Below are positions 57,503 to 64,000 of a stretch of DNA of 64,000 bases, in pieces. The notes below the pieces were generated by a model, which did no database searches, was not told where the DNA came from, and saw nothing but the letters and a program-made list of their open reading frames with translations. The stretch's first letter is position 1, and each line of letters opens with the position of its first letter. Location: contig JADLEX010000047.1 in assembly GCA_020845895.1 (NCBI GenBank), positions 13,073 through 77,072 on the forward strand, written 5' to 3'. This stretch comes from Deltaproteobacteria bacterium. GTDB taxonomy: Bacteria > Lernaellota > Lernaellaia > JACKCT01. A program made the position numbers and the translations under genes.

Positions 57503-58235
57503 TCATGCTATATTGTTATGTGTGACGGCCATTGCGATTCTTACTTGTGCAAAAACGAGCGCTTGGGCCACGTCATGGGCTGCAAGTACAGATGAGCTGA
57601 CGTCACCCTCGTTTCTAGCATCGCATTCCGTCGGTGTATTTCGTGGAACCGTTGTCTCGATCGATTATCGGACCGTTGCCACCCCTTCCGGAGGAAGTTA
57701 CGCGTATACCATAGTCCGATTTACTGTTACTGAACAGTACGCCGGATCGGATACGGGTCGAGAAAAGATCATCTACGTTGCTGGCGGGCAGAACGGCGAA
57801 CGTCGTCAGGCCATAGCTGGCGCACCTTCTTTTAACGTAGATGATGATGTTGTGGTTTTCGAAGGAAGTTCAAACCATTGGTTGTTCGGCTCCTCGTTCG
57901 GTATGCATGGGGTATTCCGATTCATTAAGGGCGAAACCGACTTGATCGTCCTAAACAACAATGGTTTTCCAGTCACTGCTATCAACAACGCAAACATTTC
58001 TGTCAAAGAGGACTACCGGTGCGAGTTGTCTCTGGATAGGAAACACTGTGACGCATGGACTTCAGCAGACGCATTGGATACCAAGACAACCAAAGAGCTT
58101 GAGCCCATGTTGGTCAACGCTACGGACTTCGAAAATGACATCCGCGATATTGCAAAAAACACCGCTCTGGCTCCCTCCCGGCCACTGTCGGGGACAGAAT
58201 TCGTCGAATTCCTTAAGCATTTTGTTGCGAATTGA
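57489..58235 (+). CDS. secreted hypothetical protein
   Basis: signal peptide MKARNHAILLCVTAIAILTCAKTSAWA; start overlaps previous ORF by 14 nt; low GC. Confidence 0.5.
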   Translation: MKARNHAILLCVTAIAILTCAKTSAWATSWAASTDELTSPSFLASHSVGVFRGTVVSIDYRTVATPSGGSYAYTIVRFTVTEQYAGSDTGREKIIYVAGGQNGERRQAIAGAPSFNVDDDVVVFEGSSNHWLFGSSFGMHGVFRFIKGETDLIVLNNNGFPVTAINNANISVKEDYRCELSLDRKHCDAWTSADALDTKTTKELEPMLVNATDFENDIRDIAKNTALAPSRPLSGTEFVEFLKHFVAN

Positions 58236-58259
58236 CACACTCACAGAACGAAGGAGGAA

Positions 58260-59405
58260 ATGTCCATGCGAGCACCTAATGCGAAAATCGTCGCGTTGTC
58301 ATTCGCGTTGTGTGTGCTGTCAATTCTATTGTCTCCACAATCGGCCGCTGCTTGGGTGTGGTGGACAATCGACGGTTGTCCGGTCGCTTGGGATGCGAAT
58401 CCGACAATCCAAATAGACGTCGGCCCCGGGGATTTTTATAATATGATTCAACGAGAGGCGGTGAGCCATCCGGCAGCGAGAATCGGCGCGGTGAACGATT
58501 CTTGGATCGACATCAATTTGGTAACCACGACATCAACCGGCTCGGATAACGGTGAAAGCGAAATTTGGATGGCACCTCTTCCGGATGGTACGCTCGGCCT
58601 GACGATGATGGATATCGGCGCATATTGCGAAATTTGGGAAATGGATATCAAGATCGCCGATGACGTCGATTGGATATGGGGCATTCCAACAACCGTCAGG
58701 GATCCGTATCCGTTTGGCGACGGTGGCGACTTTTATGCCAGACCCGTCATTATCCACGAGTTGTTGCACGGCGTTGGACTCGATCATACGACCTCTGACT
58801 TTGGATACATGCATCCCACTGTTTCGTCTGGTTCAGTGCTTTTCACAAATAGGGACGACAACAAACGCGTGGAGCCCGCGCCTAAAGAACGTCAAGGACT
58901 TCGGACGATTTACCCCCAAAGCGAAACCGAAACCGATCTGGCGATAGCAAACAACATTTGGCCGAATGACGTTGGGACTGGCGACATCAAAAATTATAAA
59001 CTTTGCAGACCCGCATATGGCTTACATTGGGCTGGCAAATTCGATCAATATTGCACGACTGCGGAAATCCACTCAAATCTCTGCCCTGGCGATTTTGTCA
59101 AGGTTCGCGTCCCCGTCATGAACTACGGCCACAGTTCTGCAACCTACAATTTGGAAATGTGGTTTTCAATCAACGACCCTTGGGGGTCCGGTACGGACCA
59201 GGAATCGCCGACAGTCCGCTCGGCGACGACCGGCGCTGTTAGCACCACACTCGTAGAGACCTCGTTTGAGATCCCATCGACCGTCTCAAACGGACAAAAC
59301 TACTACATAATCATGCGAGTCAAGCCGATCGCCAACGAGGAATCCACTATGAACAACTGGATGCCGATGCGCGGGTTGATCGGCATCGGAACCGAATGTC
59401 CATGA
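58260..59405 (+). CDS. secreted metzincin zinc metalloprotease (HExxHxxGxxH + Met-turn)
   Basis: signal peptide; VIIHELLHGVGLDHT zinc-binding consensus and downstream SDFGYMHP Met-turn; low GC. Confidence 0.75.
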   Translation: MSMRAPNAKIVALSFALCVLSILLSPQSAAAWVWWTIDGCPVAWDANPTIQIDVGPGDFYNMIQREAVSHPAARIGAVNDSWIDINLVTTTSTGSDNGESEIWMAPLPDGTLGLTMMDIGAYCEIWEMDIKIADDVDWIWGIPTTVRDPYPFGDGGDFYARPVIIHELLHGVGLDHTTSDFGYMHPTVSSGSVLFTNRDDNKRVEPAPKERQGLRTIYPQSETETDLAIANNIWPNDVGTGDIKNYKLCRPAYGLHWAGKFDQYCTTAEIHSNLCPGDFVKVRVPVMNYGHSSATYNLEMWFSINDPWGSGTDQESPTVRSATTGAVSTTLVETSFEIPSTVSNGQNYYIIMRVKPIANEESTMNNWMPMRGLIGIGTECP

Positions 59406-59431
59406 CAAGCGGTCTAAGACAGGAGAAGATC

Positions 59432-59722
59432 ATGAAATATGCCATTTTGACGGCGGCACTGACCATAGTTTTGATCGGCTGTGACAGCGGCGACGACGAT
59501 GACGACGACCAAGCCGCCTGCAGCGGACTGTCCCAGGAGGGCGAAGAATGCCTTGATCGATGCGGTGAGGAACGTGAAGCGTGCGAGAAGGATTGCGCAG
59601 AGACCGCAGAAGATGTTTTGATGTGCGAGTCAGAATGTGGGCCTGTCTACGATAAATGTTATAATGAATGCTACGAAAAATTCCCTGCCGCAGAGCAATG
59701 TGTGGACACAATTGCCACATGA
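59432..59722 (+). CDS. small Cys-rich lipoprotein with poly-Asp linker
   Basis: MKYAILTAALTIVLIGC-DSGDDDDDDQ; 12 Cys in ~75 mature residues (CxxxC / ExC pattern). Confidence 0.5.
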   Translation: MKYAILTAALTIVLIGCDSGDDDDDDQAACSGLSQEGEECLDRCGEEREACEKDCAETAEDVLMCESECGPVYDKCYNECYEKFPAAEQCVDTIAT

Positions 59723-60085
59723 GTGTGGCGGAAAATGTGAGACAGAAACCGCCACGACCGGTGCGACCTTTTTGGATCTGTACAGCAGCCACTTCAACCA
59801 AATCCTGAACCGGCGGCACGAGCGGATTCAGGTCGACAAGGCCATCGACGCAACGATCGTTGGGCAGAAGATTGGTACCGTGCCTACGCGGCTTGCCCTT
59901 GCGTCGATTGGCGCAAATCGGTGAAAGTCAATAGTCGCCCCTGAAAAATGGCATTAACTGGCTGAAATCACTGGACAAAATATCGTTTTCGTGCTGGTTC
60001 TTTTCACCGGGAATAAGGCATATCAACGCACGAAACCTGCGATTCGACGGGCTCACCACGTCCTGAGGTTCTCGAAGAACGGTGG

Positions 60086-60460
60086 GACGATTCCTAGGAC
60101 GATTCTTGACGATTCTTGGACGATTCTTGGGACAAGATACAGAACTCGTCGAACCGAACCGCCGGGCTACGACGAACGCGTGTTTCGCCGCGACGAACGA
60201 CGGCTTGAACGCGTAGCATTCCTTGACGGGCTTCCGGCTGCACCGCGAGTGGCGACGGCGGCACACGCAACGGCCCGCGCGCTGCCCCTGCGGCACGGAC
60301 GTCGTGGCGACAGCCCGCGCGCTGCCCCTTGCGGCACGGACGTCGTGGCGACAGCCCGCGCGCTGTCGCTTGCGGCACTGACATCGCAACGCGCACGGGC
60401 GCTTGTGGCACTGATGTCGCAACGCGCACGTTCGCTCGCGGCACGGATGCCGCAATAGAG
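60086..60460. repeat. tandem repeat block at right edge of low-GC island: 4x GACGATTCyTrG (60086-60131) then five degenerate 35-45-bp units CTTGCGGCAC(G/T)GA...
   Basis: read directly; opposite-strand ORF 59928..60506 here is not considered coding. Confidence 0.55.
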
Positions 60461-60529
60461 ATCCCGTAGCGCGGCGCGGCGATTTCCGCTTGAATCGCGG
60501 CTCCACGTTTTTCGCGCGCAGGATCGCCT

Positions 60530-62128
60530 TTGGCCGACGCCGCCCGACCCCGATACACCCTCGAAGCGGCCCTCGCGTTCGTCCTGTTCGCGTGCGCGGG
60601 CCTCGCGATCATCTGGGCCACACGCACGCACCTCGTCGTCGGCTGCGAATCGGACGGCCACTACATCATGGCCGGGTACGTGCGTTGCGGGGAGATGGGC
60701 CTGTACGTGCAGATGGGCAAGGGCACGTGGCCGTGGCTGTATCCGTTTGTCGTCGGCCATCTCGCGGGAATCATCGGCGCGGCCACGTACTGGGTCGGCA
60801 AGTTCGTGACGCTCGCGGCGGGGGCGGGGATCGTGGCGCTCGTCGCACACGCCGCGTCGCGCGAGATTCCCGGTCGCGCGCGGTGGATCGCGCCCGTCGT
60901 CGTCGCCGCCAATCCGCAGTTCCTGATGTATTCGACGCTCGCGTCCACCGACGTCTTCGCGGCGCTGTTCGTGGCGCTCGGGCTGTGGTTCGGCGCGCGC
61001 GCGGCGGCGCACGACGGCGGCCCGCGCGACGCGGCGCTCGCGGGAGCGGCCTGGGCGATCGCGGGGCTCGCGCGCTACCAATACGTGCCGCCCGCGCCGT
61101 TCGCCCTCGCGGCGATCGCCTTGGCCGTTCCGAGCGTCCGCCGCCGTGGGCCGATGATGGCCGGCGCGTTCGCGCTGGCGTGGCTCGGTGTCTCGTCGAT
61201 CGGTCTCGTCGGCGGATTTGCAAACCTGTCCGATGCGTTCGGTTGGTCGCAGGTGCTCGGGCGCGCGGAGAACATCCCCAACAGCGTGGGCGCGCTGGAT
61301 TGGTCTTTGAATTCCGCATGGCGCGTGGTGAAGGCGTACGCGCTGGCCGTCGATTTCGTCGCGTGGCACGTGGCGTATTACCCGTTGCTCGGGCTCGTCG
61401 CGTTTAGCGTGGCGGCGCGGCGAAACGTCTGGCGGCTGCGTCAGCTCGCGGCGGTCGGCATTCCGCTCACGGCGTATTTCGTGGCCGTTGGGTGGTTCGT
61501 GTCGATGGACGGCAACACCGATCTGCGCCGCGTGTTCTTGCCCTTCATCCCCGCGACGGCGGTGGTTTTCGCGGCGGGGGCCGAGCGGGTATTGCGGTCT
61601 TCCGGCGCGCGGTTCGTCGGCTGGCTGCTCGTGCCCACGCTCGTCGCGTTTCACGTCAACGGCTTTTTTATCGAATACCCGCTTCTGCATGTCTGGCCCG
61701 AGGGGCACCCGGTGGCGGCGCGGCACGCGTGGACCGGCCAGTGTCTTGTGCGCAGCATTCAGTGCCCGGCGCCGACGGAGGAGATCGAGGAGGTTCGCAT
61801 CGCGCGCGAGTTCGCCCGGCGTGAGCAACCCGGTTGTCGGCTCACGGTGACGAACTCGGTTCCGGCCTCGATTGAGCTGCCGCTCGCCTACGCGTGCCCG
61901 CCGGGCAGCCCGCCGTGCGAAAAGGACACCGGCCTCGACAACGCGGCGATGGGCAAGCTCGTCGAGCACTTCGCGTCGCGCGAGCCGGCGCGTTTCGTCC
62001 TCGAGTTTCCGCAAGAGGGGACGACGCGATTGACGCCTGGCGAGGCGATCGGATCGCGCGGACTATTCGAGCTGACCGAAAAGCCGCCGGTTCCCCCGGC
62101 GCGCGTGTTCGAGATCGATCCGCGCTGA
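60530..62128 (+). CDS. GT-C-like polytopic membrane protein, paralog 3 of PMT/ArnT-type glycosyltransferases
   Basis: multi-TM N-terminal half with CESDGHY loop motif, soluble C-terminal domain as in other two paralogs. Confidence 0.55.
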   Translation: MADAARPRYTLEAALAFVLFACAGLAIIWATRTHLVVGCESDGHYIMAGYVRCGEMGLYVQMGKGTWPWLYPFVVGHLAGIIGAATYWVGKFVTLAAGAGIVALVAHAASREIPGRARWIAPVVVAANPQFLMYSTLASTDVFAALFVALGLWFGARAAAHDGGPRDAALAGAAWAIAGLARYQYVPPAPFALAAIALAVPSVRRRGPMMAGAFALAWLGVSSIGLVGGFANLSDAFGWSQVLGRAENIPNSVGALDWSLNSAWRVVKAYALAVDFVAWHVAYYPLLGLVAFSVAARRNVWRLRQLAAVGIPLTAYFVAVGWFVSMDGNTDLRRVFLPFIPATAVVFAAGAERVLRSSGARFVGWLLVPTLVAFHVNGFFIEYPLLHVWPEGHPVAARHAWTGQCLVRSIQCPAPTEEIEEVRIAREFARREQPGCRLTVTNSVPASIELPLAYACPPGSPPCEKDTGLDNAAMGKLVEHFASREPARFVLEFPQEGTTRLTPGEAIGSRGLFELTEKPPVPPARVFEIDPR

Positions 62129-62581
62129 TTTTCCGGCCCCGCCCGCGCCATTTCGGCAACCGTTTCGACCTCGGGGACGAAGTCCCCAGCACGTTCGGAT
62201 ACTTGCGGGGAAAACCGAAGAATCGTTCTTAAGGGTTGTCGGTCAACACCTTGAAAAGGGGAGGAAATTTCTCGCTGAGCCTTCGTTCATTCTGGACCTC
62301 GAATATCCAAGGAATCCGTTTGAATCGTCGCTCAAATGCAACACTGGTGTTGCAAAAAAGCGACAGCGGCCGAAAATCAGCCGGAAACGGTTTTAGGAAG
62401 CCCATGTGGACAGGGTTCGTAAGGGCATGGAATCGCCCATGAATCCGGGATCGGCGGGCTGGACGATCAAACCAATCGGTATGGCACGCGGATTGCTCAG
62501 TCCCTTAAACCGTTGGATTTTGAATTTTCGGGATTTGCCTTTTTCGGGAGCGGTGGAGAGATGCGAATCGCAGGGGCTCGA

Positions 62582-63493
62582 ATGAACGGGCAACACACGC
62601 TGAACGCCTCGGTGACCTGCCGCGGCGTTGGGCTTCACACGGGCTGCCCGGTGAATCTGACGGTTCACCCGGCGCCCCCCGATACCGGCATTCAGTTCGT
62701 CCGCACGGATCTGGAAGGCCGCCAGCGGGTCAAGGCGGGTCCCGAGACCGTCACGAGCACCAGCTTCGCGACGACCGTTTCGGGCCGCGGCTTTTTCATC
62801 TCCACGGTGGAGCACCTCATGTCGGCTCTTGTCGGCATGGGCATCGACAACGCCACGGTCGAAATTGACGCCGAGGAAGTGCCGATCATGGACGGCTCCG
62901 CCGCCCCGTTCGCGCACCTGTTCGCGGGCGTCGGACTCAAGACCCAGTCCAAGCTTCGCCGCTACATGATGATCACCAAGCCGGTCGTCATTCGCGAGGC
63001 CGACAAACACGTCGCGCTCTATCCCTACGACGGCTTCCGCGTCGAATACGAGATCGAATTCGACCACGCCTTCATCGGTCGCCAGTCGTACGCGATCGAC
63101 TTGGACCCGGATGCGTATTTGCGCGAGGTCGCCCCGGCCCGTACGTTCGGGTTCCTCAACGAACTCGCGATGATGAAGGCCAACGGCTTCGCCGCCGGCG
63201 GCAGCCTGGACAACGCGATCGTGCTCGGCAACTTCAACGTCATCAACAAGGGCGGACTGCGTTACCCGGACGAGTTCGTTCGCCACAAGATTCTCGACGC
63301 GGTGGGCGATCTGTTCATGACGGGTCTGCCGGTGCTGGGACGCCTCGTGGCGTTTCGCAGCGGGCACGGCCTCAACAATCGCCTCGCGCGCCGCTTGATG
63401 ACTGAAACCGGAAGCTGGCGCATCGCCGAATTCCCGAGCGAGCGTGAGCAATCCTTTGCCGCCGAGGTGGCCGTCGCGGCCTGGGCGCGCTGA
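62582..63493 (+). CDS. lpxC: UDP-3-O-acyl-N-acetylglucosamine deacetylase
   Basis: GVGLHTG, STVEHL, MDGSA, RTFGF, HK(I/M)LDA(V/I)GDL motifs; start MNGQHT chosen by alignment to E. coli LpxC N-terminus. Confidence 0.9.
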   Translation: MNGQHTLNASVTCRGVGLHTGCPVNLTVHPAPPDTGIQFVRTDLEGRQRVKAGPETVTSTSFATTVSGRGFFISTVEHLMSALVGMGIDNATVEIDAEEVPIMDGSAAPFAHLFAGVGLKTQSKLRRYMMITKPVVIREADKHVALYPYDGFRVEYEIEFDHAFIGRQSYAIDLDPDAYLREVAPARTFGFLNELAMMKANGFAAGGSLDNAIVLGNFNVINKGGLRYPDEFVRHKILDAVGDLFMTGLPVLGRLVAFRSGHGLNNRLARRLMTETGSWRIAEFPSEREQSFAAEVAVAAWAR

Positions 63494-63535
63494 TCCTCCG
63501 AATTTCGCCGATCGACTGAATTTCGCCGATCAACA

Positions 63536-63563
63536 AGGCCCGCTCCGGCGGGCTTTGTTTTTT
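63536..63563 (+). terminator. rho-independent terminator after lpxC
   Basis: GGCCCGC-TCCG-GCGGGC stem followed by TTTGTTTTTT. Confidence 0.55.
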
Positions 63564-63669
63564 CGGAATTCCCGTTAGAACACCCGCCGTCCGGTAGAAA
63601 CACCCGCGCCGCCGGCATCCGTCCGGCGGCGCGAGGTTTCAGGCCCGCGGGCGACGCCCGCGTTCTCGC

Positions 63670-64000
63670 TCAGAGCTTCTCGTACTCCACGATTCCCACG
63701 AAGATCGTCTCAGCGGCCTGCGCGGCGTAGGCGGCCTTGTAGTAACGTCCGGCCTGCCACTGCGACCACGCGTAGTCGAGCAGCGCGCTGGCCTTCTTGA
63801 ACCAGAATCCGCTCTTGAAGGTCACGCCGCCGATGGTGATGTCTTCCGAGCCGTCGAGATCGCCGGGGTTCGGATCCCAGCCGGGGGCCGGCGTGATGAA
63901 GCGGTCGTAGGCCGCCTCTTCCATTCCGACCGCATCGACGAGCATGCCGTACGACGACCGCTTGAGCTGCGGGTTCTTGTCGGGTGCCATCGAGTAGTCG
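63670..64000 (-). CDS. hypothetical protein, 3' part (5' end outside window)
   Basis: ORF open to window edge; no family recognised. Confidence 0.35.
   Translation of the reverse strand, partial: DYSMAPDKNPQLKRSSYGMLVDAVGMEEAAYDRFITPAPGWDPNPGDLDGSEDITIGGVTFKSGFWFKKASALLDYAWSQWQAGRYYKAAYAAQAAETIFVGIVEYEKL

Noticed and set aside
60270-60460. Possible CRISPR array (repeated CTTGCGGCAC... units)
   Set aside because: Units are degenerate copies of each other with no alternating unique spacers of constant length and no cas genes; better described as decaying tandem repeats.
59928-60506. 192-aa basic ORF (minus strand) covering the tandem-repeat block
   Set aside because: Product is an Arg/Cys-rich low-complexity translation of the DNA repeats; no RBS or start context; treated as non-coding.

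Overview
High-GC (~68%) Gram-negative chromosomal segment. The gene content (lnt, lpxC, a TolC-type RND pump, MopE-like and Myxococcales-type Cys-rich repeats) points to a Deltaproteobacteria/Myxococcota-like organism, possibly a metagenome-assembled genome. All family assignments below are my reading of motifs, not database hits.

**Core backbone:**
- tig-clpP-clpX operon
- pyrD, queF
- a DUF134 + NifX-like gene pair
- two TetR regulators followed by an RND efflux pump (TolC-like / membrane-fusion protein / AcrB-like)
- tRNA-Val(TAC)
- an MBL-fold hydrolase and an S41 C-terminal protease
- Slt and MltG lytic transglycosylases, lnt, and prfB with its programmed +1 frameshift
- ruvX, dapB, mnmE, pckA, lpxC
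- a TRAP dctPQM transporter preceded by a TatT-like lipoprotein

**Accessory and unusual content:**
1. Two paralogous secreted proteins (beta-propeller, DUF11, Cys-rich repeats) flank an FGE/SUMF1-family lipoprotein. Both paralogs end in an odd Gly/Cys tail.
2. At least seven lipoproteins share an architecture: lipobox Cys followed by a long poly-Asp(/Thr) linker, each encoded by tandem DNA repeats.
3. Three scattered PMT/ArnT-like GT-C membrane glycosyltransferase paralogs.
4. A vapBC toxin-antitoxin cassette bounded by ~45-60 bp direct repeats that duplicate the 3' end of the neighbouring CN-hydrolase gene.
5. A ~3 kb low-GC island (57.1-60.1 kb) encoding a metzincin protease and secreted or Cys-rich proteins. 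It is driven by a promoter whose -35/-10 spacer holds a G12 homopolymer, a candidate phase-variation switch, and it is bounded by tandem repeats.
6. Two families of hairpin-forming REP/MITE-like intergenic repeats.

Many long ORFs on the opposite strand or in alternate frames are GC-driven shadows and were not called.
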